Position numbers and translations under genes: made by a program. This document shows positions 31,070 through 41,947 of a DNA stretch of 64,000 nucleotides, piece after piece (positions within the stretch are counted from its first letter, which is position 1; every line of letters starts with the position of its first letter). Origin of the DNA: Synechococcus sp. AG-686-F08. Lineage in GTDB: Bacteria; Cyanobacteriota; Cyanobacteriia; PCC-6307; Cyanobiaceae. The notes under the pieces are model-generated. The model saw nothing but the letters and a program-made list of their open reading frames with translations, was not told the origin of the DNA and did not search any database. The stretch is from NCBI GenBank assembly GCA_003210315.1, contig QCVQ01000002.1, forward strand, positions 7,333 through 71,332, in the 5' to 3' direction.

Positions 31070-32248
31070 CTAATCAGAGAGCCAGTCCATGGTGTTGCAT
31101 CCCGATAGCTGGAGACGCTTCTCAGCTTCTTGACGATCGCGACAAGGCTTCAGATCACATTGAGCGACTTTCCCTTCTGCATGCCAACGCGTCTGTTTGA
31201 GTAAAGCCTTTTCAAGGCTTAAATCATCACTCCAACAAATTAAAATACTTGCTTCTGCTTTCGCATTATCAGTACTAGAGCCAGGAAGATCACGAATATC
31301 ATCAAGACAGAAACTCAATCCCACACCCCCAGCATTCACTTCACTTTCTCCACATCGCTCTACTAAACCGTCGTAACGGCCACCACGGGCAATCACCACT
31401 GGAGCTGAAACCCCCTGACATACCAACTGGAACACCAAACCGTCGTAGAGCTGATGGTGGGGGTGAAAGGTTGGATCCAATTGCAGTGCAAGTGATTGTT
31501 GTTCAGCAAGTGGGCTGAGATGCACAAACAATCGTTTCAGATCATTCAAAACTTGTTGTGAGCCAAAGCTTTCTTTTAACAGTTCAAGGATTGTCTCGGG
31601 TGTGCCACGACAGTCCAGAAGATTCACCAACCGTTGGAGATCTAACGCTTCAAGACCCATTGCTTCCAACCCGAGTCGGTCATATTGAATTAAGCAGCTA
31701 CGTACCTCTTCCCGAATCGGTTGCTCAAATGGGGCCAACACCAATTCCATCAAAGAGGTGTGACCTACCAGCAGTTGTGGCTGATGCTCTCCGAGCAACG
31801 GGAGCGCATTCATAGCCTCTACGAGCAGCGTTAAGAGTTCAAGTTCTGCAGCCAGATCTTTCACCCCGAAAAGCTCAACACCACTGTGTAATTTCTCCTC
31901 AATACACAATCCACCCTCTTCTGCCGTACGGCTTTCGAAAATGGTTCCGCAGGCACAGAGCCGAAGGGGTCGCGGTCGATCTTTCAGTCTTGTGCAGGCA
32001 GCTCTAGCAATCGACGCTGTCATCTCCGGCCTGAGACCGAGTGGGTCATCAGCCACAAGTCGAACCACGTCATGGCTTGCAATTGCACCACCTGCCATGA
32101 GTGTGTCGAGCCGTTCAACTTGTGGTGGCGACACTTCGTCGTATCCCCAGTGGCGATAGACCGTCGCCAGCTGTTCCCTCAAGTACTGATTTTGTTGGAC
32201 TTGCTTCGGATTCAGATCTCGAGCGCCCGTGGCGGGTTGCAGGGCCAT
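31070..32248 (-). CDS. hisZ: ATP phosphoribosyltransferase regulatory subunit
   Basis: MALQPATGARDL, LRPEMTASIAR, GGRYD; HisRS-like. Confidence 0.92.
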   Translation of the reverse strand: MALQPATGARDLNPKQVQQNQYLREQLATVYRHWGYDEVSPPQVERLDTLMAGGAIASHDVVRLVADDPLGLRPEMTASIARAACTRLKDRPRPLRLCACGTIFESRTAEEGGLCIEEKLHSGVELFGVKDLAAELELLTLLVEAMNALPLLGEHQPQLLVGHTSLMELVLAPFEQPIREEVRSCLIQYDRLGLEAMGLEALDLQRLVNLLDCRGTPETILELLKESFGSQQVLNDLKRLFVHLSPLAEQQSLALQLDPTFHPHHQLYDGLVFQLVCQGVSAPVVIARGGRYDGLVERCGESEVNAGGVGLSFCLDDIRDLPGSSTDNAKAEASILICWSDDLSLEKALLKQTRWHAEGKVAQCDLKPCRDRQEAEKRLQLSGCNTMDWLSD

Positions 32249-32295
32249 CCAGCTAGTCAATGAATCACGAACATCGATCCTATGACTGCCGAACC

Positions 32296-33165
32296 TCAAG
32301 CCCCGTAGAGATTGGGGGCAAACGCGGTCACCTTGGCCAACTCTTGTTTCAGCGGTAGGTGAAGCTCAGGTGAAGTCGCGAGAATCCGGCCGTCCTCAAC
32401 ATCAAATGGCGAGTCTTGGTAATCAGCAACGGTCCCTCCTGCACAAGCCACCAATGCGGCACCTGCAGCGAGATCCCATGGCGCCAAACCACGCTCCCAA
32501 TAGCCGTCTAATCGACCCGTGGCGACAAAAGCAAGATCAACAGCGGCGGCTCCCCCACGACGAACACCACGACATCGGTGGGTTAACCAACAAAACTCGG
32601 CGTAATTGTTGTCGATCCGCTCATGCCTGTCGTAAGCGAATCCAGTAACAAGAAGGCTGTCTTGCAAGGTGCTGCAATCACTCACTTGGATGGCTTCGTC
32701 GTTTACGAAGCTTCCTTGTTGGGGGGAACACCAGTAGGTCTCGTTCAGGAACGGGACGGCCACTGAGCCCAATAGTGGTTTTCCCTTCCAGATCAAGCCC
32801 ACCGAGGTCGCAAAAAACGGATATCCGTGGGCAAAATTCGTGGTGCCGTCGAGAGGGTCGATACACCAACACAGAGAACCAGGGGGCCCACTGGGCCCGG
32901 ATTCTTCGGCGAGGATCGCAATCGAAGGAGTGTGTTTTCTCAGATAATCGAGAACCACCTGCTCAGCAGCGAGATCGGCATTGGTGACTAAGTCGCCAAC
33001 GCGGCCCTTGCTTTTAATGCTGCTGAGACGGCCGTAATGCTGCATCAGCACATCCGCTCCAAGATTTGCAGCACTACGGGCAACCTCAGCCAGCTGTCTC
33101 TGGCTGGAATCGTCAAGTTGGGCAGCGCTAGCAACTTGCCGGCAATCAAGCGCTGTAGACATCAC
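32296..33165 (-). CDS. suhB: Inositol monophosphatase family (SuhB-like)
   Basis: DLVT, EE, WCIDPLDGTTNF, WDLAAG. Confidence 0.88.
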   Translation of the reverse strand: MMSTALDCRQVASAAQLDDSSQRQLAEVARSAANLGADVLMQHYGRLSSIKSKGRVGDLVTNADLAAEQVVLDYLRKHTPSIAILAEESGPSGPPGSLCWCIDPLDGTTNFAHGYPFFATSVGLIWKGKPLLGSVAVPFLNETYWCSPQQGSFVNDEAIQVSDCSTLQDSLLVTGFAYDRHERIDNNYAEFCWLTHRCRGVRRGGAAAVDLAFVATGRLDGYWERGLAPWDLAAGAALVACAGGTVADYQDSPFDVEDGRILATSPELHLPLKQELAKVTAFAPNLYGA

Positions 33166-33530
33166 TCCTCCTCCAATGGAATTCCTGGACGAATGCGACC
33201 CTGACCGAAATGACGGCCGAATTGAAGCTCATACACCTCATCCTCGTCCTGTGTGACTGCTTCAAGAGGCCCGATCGCCCTCGCCACACAAAGCAATCCA
33301 TATCCCTGTTGCCTGAGCTCTTTTGAGAGTCCCATGGCCTCAGCTTGATCCAGGCTTCCCTGTTGAACTTTGACCGCGCAGGACGTGCAGCAACCATTAC
33401 GGCATGAGAAGGGGAGCGGATCCCCCTGCTGCTCGAAGCTTTGGAGGATGTATTCCCCCTCAGGAACCTGATGGGTGATCGTCCGCCCTGCCTGTGGCCA
33501 ATGAATTGTCACCGTGTGATTTGGTCTCAT
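33162..33530 (-). CDS. 2Fe-2S ferredoxin, Fed2/FdC2 type
   Basis: PFSCRNGCCTSC, LLC, C-terminal EDEVYELQFG extension. Confidence 0.9.
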   Translation of the reverse strand: MRPNHTVTIHWPQAGRTITHQVPEGEYILQSFEQQGDPLPFSCRNGCCTSCAVKVQQGSLDQAEAMGLSKELRQQGYGLLCVARAIGPLEAVTQDEDEVYELQFGRHFGQGRIRPGIPLEEE

Positions 33531-33576
33531 ATCAAGCCCTCAGGAAACGCCCTGCTACATTCTCACTTCAGCCACT

Positions 33577-33663
33577 GGAGAGGTGGCCGAGTGGTCGAAG
33601 GCGCAGCACTGGAAATGCTGTATAGGGGCAACTCTATCGAGGGTTCGAATCCCTCCCTCTCCG
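33577..33663 (+). tRNA. tRNA-Ser(GGA)
   Basis: GGAGAGG acceptor stem pairing with CCTCTCC; anticodon arm CAGCA-CTGGAAA-TGCTG; long variable arm; GTTCGAATC T-loop; CCA not encoded. Confidence 0.97.
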
Positions 33664-33676
33664 TTAGCTAACGCTT

Positions 33677-33704
33677 AAACCCCTTGAGCAACAAGGGGTT
33701 TTTT
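33677..33704 (+). terminator. Terminator after tRNA-Ser (possibly also used by pstB)
   Basis: AAACCCCTTG-agcaa-CAAGGGGTTT followed by T residues. Confidence 0.85.
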
Positions 33705-33831
33705 ATTGTGAACCAATCATTAGTACAAACAATGCTATTGGCTAAAAAAGCTGAATCAAAATAAATATTATATAGAAACAGCTAAAGAATTCGAAAAAAT
33801 ATTTTTTCTAAAGTCAGTCCAACCAAATTAT

Positions 33832-34650
33832 TCATCCGAAGCGACCAGAAACATAATCCTGAGTAGCCTGTTGCGAGGGTGCATTAAAAATATTATCTGT
33901 ATTATTGAATTCAACGAGATATCCCACTTTTCCTGATCCGCCCTCTACAGCCTCTGCATTAAAGAACGCTGTCATATCACTTACACGTACGGCTTGCTGC
34001 ATATTGTGGGTCACGATTACGATTGTAAAACTTTTTTTGAGCTCATGCATCGTTTCCTCAATCTTCAAAGTGGAGATTGGATCAAGTGCAGAACAGGGCT
34101 CATCCATCAAAATCACCTCTGGCTGAATTGCAATCGTGCGAGCAATACAAAGACGCTGCTGTTGACCACCAGAAAGTGAATTTCCACTTTCTTTGAGTTT
34201 ATCCTTGCATTCATCCCAAACAGCTGCTTGTCGCAGTGATCGTTCAACTAATTCATCCATATCACCGTTATAGCCATTAATACGTGCACCAAAGGCAATA
34301 TTTTCATAGATACTTTTTGGAAATGGATTCGGTTGCTGAAAAACCATTCCTATACGACGACGCACTTCCACAGGGTCGACTTCAGGAGCATATAAATCAG
34401 CACCATCAAAAAGAATCCTTCCCTTGAGAGAACAGCCCTCAATTAAATCATTCATCCGATTGAGAGCACGCAATATTGTTGACTTACCACAACCAGATGG
34501 ACCAATAAAGGCGGTGACTTGTCCTCTTGGAATATCACAAAATACATTCTTTACAGCTTCAAAATCGCCATAGCTGATTGTTGTATTTTGAATAGATATA
34601 CAAGTATCTAAATTAGGGTCTGGCACTTCAGAGGATGATGTCGATGTCAT
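33832..34650 (-). CDS. pstB: Phosphate ABC ATPase
   Basis: [41 protein letters not shown]. Confidence 0.96.
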   Translation of the reverse strand: MTSTSSSEVPDPNLDTCISIQNTTISYGDFEAVKNVFCDIPRGQVTAFIGPSGCGKSTILRALNRMNDLIEGCSLKGRILFDGADLYAPEVDPVEVRRRIGMVFQQPNPFPKSIYENIAFGARINGYNGDMDELVERSLRQAAVWDECKDKLKESGNSLSGGQQQRLCIARTIAIQPEVILMDEPCSALDPISTLKIEETMHELKKSFTIVIVTHNMQQAVRVSDMTAFFNAEAVEGGSGKVGYLVEFNNTDNIFNAPSQQATQDYVSGRFG

Positions 34651-34708
34651 AAGGGGGAAAATTTTTAGTGGCAATTCGTCGATCGCTCAACGCCGTTGAT
34701 GGTGGGTA

Positions 34709-35611
34709 TCACTTGCTAGCAATCCTCCCTAACCATCGAGCAAGCAAATTGAGCATCAATATGAAAACAACAAGAATAAAGGAGGCTGCCCAGGCGAGTT
34801 GATTTTGAACATCATAAGGCTGAGTGGAAAAGTTATAAATTAAGACAGATAATGTTGCAATTGGATCAAAGATCCCATTTGGCCAGAACGGAGAGAAAAG
34901 GGCTGTAAAAATCAAAGGAGCCGTTTCACCTGCTGCCCTAGCAATCGACAACACCACCCCAGTTGCAATGGGAGTGAAGGCTTTTGGGAGTGTGATTTGA
35001 CTTACCGTAACGAAACGAGATGCACCCACTCCCAAGGCAGCGCGCCTGAGGTCATTAGAAACGAGTTTCAAGCCTTCATCAGTTGTCTTGACCACCGTAG
35101 GAAGCATCAAAACAGACAGAGCTGTACCCCCTGCAATAGCACTAAAGGTATGGCCAAACAAAATACGAGTCGAAACAATTGTTCCATAAACAAAAACACC
35201 AGCAATGATTGATGGCACACCAGCAAGAACATTGGTTCCAAAACGAATAAATTGAGAAAAACCACGGCCTGTTGAATATTCTGCTAAGTAAATTCCACCA
35301 CCAACACCGATAGGAATTGCAATCAATGCTGCAATTACTGTAACAATGAAACTTCCAAGAATTGCATTACCGATGCCTCCACCTACTCCACCTGGAGGAG
35401 GTGGTAGTTGCGTAAAAAGCTCTACATTTATGCTTGAGAATCCCTTAATTAATATATGAACAAGAACAGCTATTAGGGGCAAGACGGAAAGGAATGCAAA
35501 AAGTCCAGCCAACACCGATAAAAATCGACTCCTAAGATTCCTTACACACCAAGGTTTATAGCCAAGATCTGGAATCTGTACTGCAGATTGCGTGGTTGAG
35601 GAATTATTCAT
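34709..35611 (-). CDS. pstA: Phosphate ABC permease
   Basis: GIYLAEY, LAGVPSII, ARAAGETAPL. Confidence 0.95.
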   Translation of the reverse strand: MNNSSTTQSAVQIPDLGYKPWCVRNLRSRFLSVLAGLFAFLSVLPLIAVLVHILIKGFSSINVELFTQLPPPPGGVGGGIGNAILGSFIVTVIAALIAIPIGVGGGIYLAEYSTGRGFSQFIRFGTNVLAGVPSIIAGVFVYGTIVSTRILFGHTFSAIAGGTALSVLMLPTVVKTTDEGLKLVSNDLRRAALGVGASRFVTVSQITLPKAFTPIATGVVLSIARAAGETAPLIFTALFSPFWPNGIFDPIATLSVLIYNFSTQPYDVQNQLAWAASFILVVFILMLNLLARWLGRIASK

Positions 35612-35614
35612 GGA

Positions 35615-36562
35615 TTAATACTTAAGACTCAGCCGCTTCACAAGCCACTGTGCAAAAATATTGACCAACAAAGTCAATACCATTAACACAAATGCTGCAT
35701 ACATAAGTGAGGATAACTGCCCCACATCCGCCTCTCCAAATTGATTCGCAAGCATGGCTGAGATTGTGTTTCCTGGGGCAAGTAAAGACCAGCTAAAAAC
35801 ATTGGAATTTCCAATAATCATCGTCACTGCCATCGTTTCACCCATTGCCCGTCCAAGAGCAAGCATCACTCCACCCACAATTCCTGATATCGCAGCAGGA
35901 AGAATGACATTCAAAATTGCTCCCCATCGTGTCGTTCCAACACCGTAAGCTGCTTGGCGAAGCTTCATCGGCACTTGATTTAACGAATCACGAGAAATTG
36001 CAGTTATAATTGGCAAAATCATTACTACCAAGATTAAAATAGCAGGTGCTATTCCTGGTCCCAAGGGTTCAGTACTGAAGAAGGGAATCCAGCCAAAGTC
36101 ATCATATAGAAACATCAAAAATGGTCGAATAAAAGGTTCTAAAATAAATATGGCCCATAAGCCCAACACCACGGATGGAATGGCAGCGAGCAATTCCACC
36201 ATCAACCCAATAACATCTCTAATTTTTTTCGGAATAATATTTTCCGTAATGAATATGGCAGTGCCAACACCTAAAGGAACAGCGATGACTAACGCCAGCA
36301 GAGAGGTAACGAGCGTCCCGTAAATCGCTGTAAAAGCACCATATTCATCATCAACAGGATTCCAGTTCGACGTGACTAAGAATTCCAATCCATAGCGACC
36401 CATCGACTCCAAGGATCCCCAAAACACCACGACAAGGATGGAGATCAGGACCAACGCAACCATGGAGGCCATGACCACGACCAGATTCTTGAAACTGCCA
36501 TCCACCAGCTTTTCGGAGGGTGGTCTGCTTCGAAGCAGGTAGCGAGCCTTGATTTTTGTCAC
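35615..36562 (-). CDS. pstC: Phosphate ABC permease
   Basis: LLAAIPSVVLGLW, LGRAMGETMAV. Start reassigned to the GTG at 36562. Confidence 0.94.
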   Translation of the reverse strand: MTKIKARYLLRSRPPSEKLVDGSFKNLVVVMASMVALVLISILVVVFWGSLESMGRYGLEFLVTSNWNPVDDEYGAFTAIYGTLVTSLLALVIAVPLGVGTAIFITENIIPKKIRDVIGLMVELLAAIPSVVLGLWAIFILEPFIRPFLMFLYDDFGWIPFFSTEPLGPGIAPAILILVVMILPIITAISRDSLNQVPMKLRQAAYGVGTTRWGAILNVILPAAISGIVGGVMLALGRAMGETMAVTMIIGNSNVFSWSLLAPGNTISAMLANQFGEADVGQLSSLMYAAFVLMVLTLLVNIFAQWLVKRLSLKY

Positions 36563-36705
36563 TCTGCTGGCCGACAGATAGCGAAACCGTACCCGTACAC
36601 CTGCTCGTTTTCGTAAAACCAAGAGGAGATGGGCGGAAATCCCGCTAGGGGTTGGTTGGTGATTGGAGTTTCGCCCGTTAACTTGGGAACACCACATGCG
36701 CGGTT

Positions 36706-38700
36706 ATGGGCCGGATCGTCGGAATCGACCTGGGAACCACGAATTCCGTCGTCGCCGTGCTGGAGGCGGGGCGACCGGTGGTGATTGCCAACGCGGAAGG
36801 GACAAGAACCACTCCGTCAGTTGTTGGCTACACCAAAGAGGATGAGCTGTTGGTGGGGCAGCCTGCTAGACGACAGCTGGTCCTCAACCCTCGCAATACT
36901 TTTTCAAACCTCAAGCGGTTTGTGGGACGCGCTTGGGATGAGCTAGATGACAACACGCTCACTGTTCCTTACACCGTGAGTGCCAACAACCAGGGCAACG
37001 TTCGTGTGGCCTGTCCTCAGACAGAACGTGAATATGCCCCCGAAGAGCTTGTTTCAAGCATTTTGCGAAAGCTTGTTGATGACGCCAGCACCTACCTAGG
37101 CGAAACAGTTGACGCAGCCGTTCTCACCGTTCCTGCCTATTTCAATGATGCCCAACGCCAGGCCACTCGAGACGCGGGACGTCTCGCTGGACTGTCGATT
37201 GAGCGAATTCTCAATGAACCCACAGCAGCAGCCCTGGCCTATGGCTTCGATCGAAGTGCTGTTCGTCGCGTTCTTGTCTTTGATTTAGGAGGAGGCACCT
37301 TTGATGTTTCGTTGCTGCGGATCGCCAATGGCGTTTTCGATGTCAAGGCCACAAACGGTGATACCCAACTGGGCGGCAACGACTTTGATCAATTGATCGT
37401 TGATTGGCTTGCTGAAACCTTTCTTCAGCAACACCAAATTGATCTGCGCAGGGATCGTCAAGCGCTTCAACGTCTCACTGAAGCGGCTGAAAAAGCTAAA
37501 CAAGAACTTTCAGGCGTCTCCACCACACCCATTTCCCTTCCCTTTATCGCAACCGGTCAGGAGGGCCCCCTTCACATCGAGACCACCCTCGACCGCAAAA
37601 CGTTTGAAGGCCTTTGTCCTGATCTGTTGGATCGACTGCTAACGCCTGTTCAAGCTGCCCTACGCGACTCAGGCTGGCTTGCAGAAGATATTGACGATGT
37701 TGTGCTTGTGGGTGGCAGCACGCGGATGCCCATGGTGATGCAGCTCGTAAGGACGTTGATTCCCCATGACCCCTGTCAATCTGTCAATCCGGATGAGGTC
37801 GTGGCTGTAGGTGCAGCCGTTCAGGCGGGGATCATTACCGGTGAGCTCAGAGACCTTCTGCTCAATGACGTCACGCCTCTGTCGCTTGGTTTGGAAACTG
37901 TGGGCGGTCTGATGAAGGTCTTGATTCCACGGAATACACCCATTCCAGTGCGTCAATCCGACGTCTTCAGCACCTCTGGTGCCAATCAATCATCTGTAGA
38001 AATTCATGTTTGGCAGGGCGAGCGCCAAATGGCACAAGACAACAAGTCCTTAGGCCGTTTCCGCTTATCAGGTATTCCTCCAGCACCCCGCGGTGTCCCG
38101 CAAATTCAGGTCGCTTTTGACATTGATGCCAACGGAATTCTTCAAGTCAGTGCGACCGATCGCACTACGGGTCGCAAGCAATCCGTCACGATCCAGGGGG
38201 GCTCAAATCTCAACGAAGATGAACTACAAGCACTGTTAGCAGAAGCGGAAGCTCGTTCAGATGAAGACCGTCGCCGTCGTGCTGCGATTGAGCGACGCAA
38301 TTCGGCCCTGACTTTGGTGGCGCAGGCGGAGCGACGTCTTCGTGATGCCGCTCTTGAGCTCGGTCCATACGGTGCTGAACGACAGCAGAGGGCCGTTGAG
38401 ATGGCCATGCGAGATGTCCAAGATCTGCTTGAGCAGGATGATCCGCAGCAATTAGAGATGGGCGTGAGTGGCCTGCAAGAAGCTCTCTTCGGTTTAAATC
38501 GACGCCTATCTGCAGAACGAAGCAGCGATGCCGGTCCATTGCAGGGCATACGCAGCACGCTTGGAACGCTCAAAGACGAACTGTTTGCAGACGATGATTG
38601 GGATGATGACCCTTGGTCCACGGGTAGTAGTCGTTTCGACGATCGAATGAGAAGTGGACGTCGCGGACTTGACCCCTGGGATGATGACTTCTATCGCTGA
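36706..38700 (+). CDS. dnaK: Hsp70 chaperone, paralogue with acidic/Trp C-tail
   Basis: [26 protein letters not shown]-terminal DDDWDDDPW. Confidence 0.96.
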   Translation: MGRIVGIDLGTTNSVVAVLEAGRPVVIANAEGTRTTPSVVGYTKEDELLVGQPARRQLVLNPRNTFSNLKRFVGRAWDELDDNTLTVPYTVSANNQGNVRVACPQTEREYAPEELVSSILRKLVDDASTYLGETVDAAVLTVPAYFNDAQRQATRDAGRLAGLSIERILNEPTAAALAYGFDRSAVRRVLVFDLGGGTFDVSLLRIANGVFDVKATNGDTQLGGNDFDQLIVDWLAETFLQQHQIDLRRDRQALQRLTEAAEKAKQELSGVSTTPISLPFIATGQEGPLHIETTLDRKTFEGLCPDLLDRLLTPVQAALRDSGWLAEDIDDVVLVGGSTRMPMVMQLVRTLIPHDPCQSVNPDEVVAVGAAVQAGIITGELRDLLLNDVTPLSLGLETVGGLMKVLIPRNTPIPVRQSDVFSTSGANQSSVEIHVWQGERQMAQDNKSLGRFRLSGIPPAPRGVPQIQVAFDIDANGILQVSATDRTTGRKQSVTIQGGSNLNEDELQALLAEAEARSDEDRRRRAAIERRNSALTLVAQAERRLRDAALELGPYGAERQQRAVEMAMRDVQDLLEQDDPQQLEMGVSGLQEALFGLNRRLSAERSSDAGPLQGIRSTLGTLKDELFADDDWDDDPWSTGSSRFDDRMRSGRRGLDPWDDDFYR

Positions 38701-39589
38701 GCCCGATTACTGGGCCCTCCTTGGTCTCGATCCAGGCAGTGATGCTGACTCGCTGAAAAGTGCCTTCAGGCGCGAAGCAAGGCGTTGGCACCCTGATCTC
38801 AATGGGAACGATCGCCAAGCGGAGGAGCGCTTCAAGCTCGTCAACGAGGCCTATGCAGTCCTCAGTGATCACGACAAGCGTGTCGCCTGGGAGCGTCGTC
38901 GCACGGGTCACAGTCGAAGCCAAGACCCCTTTGCTGCAGGGTTCCCTGATTTCGAGGAGTATCTAGCCGTTGTTCTAGGCATTGGTGATCCTCCAGAACC
39001 TGATCGCCCAGAAGCCGCGCGCCATGAGGATCCAATCCCATCGGATCACAGACCAACCCCATCTCCCCAACCACCTCCGCCCGTCCGCTCGCAAGACAAT
39101 CTCGAAACAACCGTTGTCTTAACCCCTGACCAAGCCCTTCACGGCACTGCTGTGAACCTAGAGCTCTCTGATGGCACTGTGATCGAGGTGGATACGCCTC
39201 CCTTTGCAGGGGATGGGTGGCGTCTCCGTTTGGAAGGAGTGGCACCCGGTGGCCGTGATCATTTTTTGCAGCTGCAGGTGGTCACCGCTGAGGGCCTCCG
39301 CATCGATGGATTGCGCGTGCTTTACCGCTTGGAACTGTTTCCTCCGGATGCAGCCCTTGGATGCGCGGTAGATGTTCCAACGCTATCTGGATCCGTCACT
39401 CTTCAAGTGCCTCCAGGTTCATCGAGTGGTCGTCTGCTGCGGTTACGAGAACGCGGCCTGGTCTGGAATGACCGACAAGGAGATCAACTAGTGGAAGTGG
39501 TCATCGTGATTCCTGCCCAATTGAATGATGACGAACAAGCGCTCTACCAAAGGCTTCAGGAACTGAGCTTGGACCAAGGGCGGATCTAA
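38684..39589 (+). CDS. DnaJ-class co-chaperone without zinc finger
   Basis: J domain with WHPD; DnaJ C-terminal domain; overlaps dnaK. Confidence 0.9.
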   Translation: MTSIAEPDYWALLGLDPGSDADSLKSAFRREARRWHPDLNGNDRQAEERFKLVNEAYAVLSDHDKRVAWERRRTGHSRSQDPFAAGFPDFEEYLAVVLGIGDPPEPDRPEAARHEDPIPSDHRPTPSPQPPPPVRSQDNLETTVVLTPDQALHGTAVNLELSDGTVIEVDTPPFAGDGWRLRLEGVAPGGRDHFLQLQVVTAEGLRIDGLRVLYRLELFPPDAALGCAVDVPTLSGSVTLQVPPGSSSGRLLRLRERGLVWNDRQGDQLVEVVIVIPAQLNDDEQALYQRLQELSLDQGRI

Positions 39590-39633
39590 TCCAGGACTTT
39601 CGATGAGAGACTGAAAGCGACCTCAAACAGCCC

Positions 39634-40035
39634 ATGCTCGTTCACGTCCTTCTCTACGACGCCGGTCAGGACAGTGAGGGCATCCATTCCCTTGAGTTGT
39701 CTGGTCAAACCGTGGTTTTGATGTTTGAAAACTGCGACGACGCCGAACGGTATGCAGGTCTATTGGAGGCCCAGGATTTCCCAACACCGACTGTGGAAGC
39801 TCTCGATCAACATGAGGTGGAGCTCTTCTGCGCGGAAGCCGGCTATGAAGCACGACTTGTCGAAACGGGTTTTGTCCCCAAAACAGACGATGAGCGCCTG
39901 ATGCTGGCTCCTCCCAGTTCCAATCGAGACGTCAGCAATTGGCAAAATGAGGATCAATCGGTTGATGGCGTTCAGCCATCAACGCCAAGTGATGGTCTGG
40001 ATGATGTCCGCCGTCGCCTGGAGGGGTTGCTGTGA
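39634..40035 (+). CDS. DUF3110-like conserved cyanobacterial protein
   Basis: EGIHSL...VLMFE..DDAERYAGLLEAQDFP...RRRLEGLL. Confidence 0.8.
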   Translation: MLVHVLLYDAGQDSEGIHSLELSGQTVVLMFENCDDAERYAGLLEAQDFPTPTVEALDQHEVELFCAEAGYEARLVETGFVPKTDDERLMLAPPSSNRDVSNWQNEDQSVDGVQPSTPSDGLDDVRRRLEGLL

Positions 40036-40967
40036 ATCCGTCTGAAAATCGGGGCTACCTCACAACAGAACAGTCCAACCCACGCAGCGTTGATTTGGAC
40101 GTGTTGTCCACAGACGATCTGGTGAAGCTGTTCATTGATGAAGATCGCAAACCTCAGTTAGCGCTTGAAGGTGCTTCAAAAGAACTCAGCGCGGCAGTCG
40201 AGGCTGTTGCGATACGTTTAAGCAAAGGCGGGCGACTGTTTTACATCGGTGCAGGAACATCGGGTCGGCTTGGTGTTTTGGATGCAGCCGAATGCCCCCC
40301 AACGTTTTGTAGCCCACCAGAGTTAGTGCAAGGTGTGCTGGCTGGAGGGGCTCCGGCACTCCTTCGCAGTTCAGAGGGACTGGAAGATCTTGAGACAGCA
40401 GGAGTCGACGACCTCAAAGGTCATCAATTCAGTGCAGATGACTGCTTAGTGGGCATTGCAGCTGGTGGCACCACGCCCTACGTACGCGGTGCACTCCAAT
40501 ACGCCATGGAATTAGGGGCCTTGGCTATCGCAATGGCCTGCGTTCCCGCAGATCAAGCACCCATGCCTTGCCACCTGGATATCCGCTTGATTACCGGCCC
40601 AGAACTGTTGACTGGCTCAACACGTTTGAAGGCAGGAACCGCCACAAAAATGGCCCTCAACATTCTGTCCACCGGAGTGATGGTGAAGTTGGGAAAGGTT
40701 TACGGCAACCGGATGGTTGATGTTGCCGCGAGCAACAGCAAGCTTGTAGACCGCTCTCTGAGAATTTTGACCGATCTCGTAGGCCTGTCGCGCGAGCAAG
40801 GGCTTCCGCTGCTTAAGGAAGCCAATGGATCGGTCAAGCGAGCTCTCGTAATGGCGGCTGGGTCCATGGGTCTTGAAGATGCTCAAACCCTGCTCGCCAA
40901 TCACAACGGAAACCTGCGTATAGCCCTTGGTTCCATTGGAATCACACTGAATTCAACAGCTCATTGA
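40032..40967 (+). CDS. murQ: N-acetylmuramic acid 6-phosphate etherase
   Basis: TEQSNP, GAGTSGRLGVLDAAECPPTF, GSTRLKAGTA, GNRMVDV. Confidence 0.95.
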   Translation: MNPSENRGYLTTEQSNPRSVDLDVLSTDDLVKLFIDEDRKPQLALEGASKELSAAVEAVAIRLSKGGRLFYIGAGTSGRLGVLDAAECPPTFCSPPELVQGVLAGGAPALLRSSEGLEDLETAGVDDLKGHQFSADDCLVGIAAGGTTPYVRGALQYAMELGALAIAMACVPADQAPMPCHLDIRLITGPELLTGSTRLKAGTATKMALNILSTGVMVKLGKVYGNRMVDVAASNSKLVDRSLRILTDLVGLSREQGLPLLKEANGSVKRALVMAAGSMGLEDAQTLLANHNGNLRIALGSIGITLNSTAH

Positions 40968-41878
40968 GCTTGCGTGCTGACAGGCCCCCAATAGGCACTT
41001 GTGAATAAATCAAGCCGTTGCCTGGTCTCCACCGGAACCGCTTCAGGAGGGGTCATCAAGGCATCTTTGAGGGCGTGATGGGCAGGAGAGGAAGGACGTT
41101 CACGCCCTAATTTCTCCATCAGAGCGAAAAGAATCGGCCCTGTTGCAGTGGCATTGGCTTTGAGGTTGCCAATAATCATTTCAACGGTCACAGCGTCGTG
41201 ATCGGTATGCCAACAATCGAAATCGGTCACCATGCTCAGGGAGGCATAGGCAATTTCAGCTTCTCTAGCTAGGCGGGCTTCTGTGTGATTGGTCATGCCG
41301 ATCACATCGCAACCCCAGTTGCGATAGAGCTCGCTTTCAGCTCGTGTCGAGAATGCCGGACCTTCCATGCAGAGATAAGTGCCACCGCGATGCAGCTGAT
41401 GTCCCGATGGCATCTCTCCCGTTGCTGCTGCTGCAAGCAGTTCACTCAATCGCTCACAAAACGGATCTGCAAGGCTGACGTGGGCAACGCAGCCTTCGCC
41501 AAAGAACGATTGAGGCCTCTGCGTTGTCCTGTCAATGAACTGATTGGGAACAACCATGTCGCGAGGTCGCAGATGTTCTTGAAGCGATCCCACTGCAGAT
41601 ACTGAAATCAACCAACGCACCCCTAGAGACCGCATGGCCCAGATATTGGCCCGATAAGGAACTTCGCTTGGAAGCAGGTGATGTGAACGGCCATGGCGAG
41701 CGAGAAACACCACCTCAACACCATTCAGTTGGCCAACTCGCAAACAATCAGATGGGACGCCGAATGGCGTATCCAACGTGACCTCTTCAACCGATTCGAG
41801 TCCATCGATCGCGTACAAACCACTACCACCGATCACACCAACGCGAGCGTCTTGAAGCGAGGAATCGAGGGTGGTCAT
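40961..41878 (-). CDS. mtnP: S-methyl-5'-thioadenosine phosphorylase
   Basis: [37 protein letters not shown]. Confidence 0.93.
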   Translation of the reverse strand: MTTLDSSLQDARVGVIGGSGLYAIDGLESVEEVTLDTPFGVPSDCLRVGQLNGVEVVFLARHGRSHHLLPSEVPYRANIWAMRSLGVRWLISVSAVGSLQEHLRPRDMVVPNQFIDRTTQRPQSFFGEGCVAHVSLADPFCERLSELLAAAATGEMPSGHQLHRGGTYLCMEGPAFSTRAESELYRNWGCDVIGMTNHTEARLAREAEIAYASLSMVTDFDCWHTDHDAVTVEMIIGNLKANATATGPILFALMEKLGRERPSSPAHHALKDALMTPPEAVPVETRQRLDLFTSAYWGPVSTQAQ

Positions 41879-41947
41879 GGCTTTAAACGATGCACATTGA
41901 CACTCATCTTGCTCGCTTGCCTAAGATCGTTTTTTGCCTTTGGTGCC

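Noticed and set aside
33441-33671. 76-aa ORF
   Set aside because: It runs through tRNA-Ser and lies antisense to the ferredoxin gene.
33722-33738. TAGTACA, a LexA-like half site
   Set aside because: The second half site is absent and it is not upstream of a gene.
33577-33830. tRNA-Ser as an integration site for a prophage or island
   Set aside because: No integrase and no repeated tRNA 3' end were seen; the flanking genes are housekeeping.
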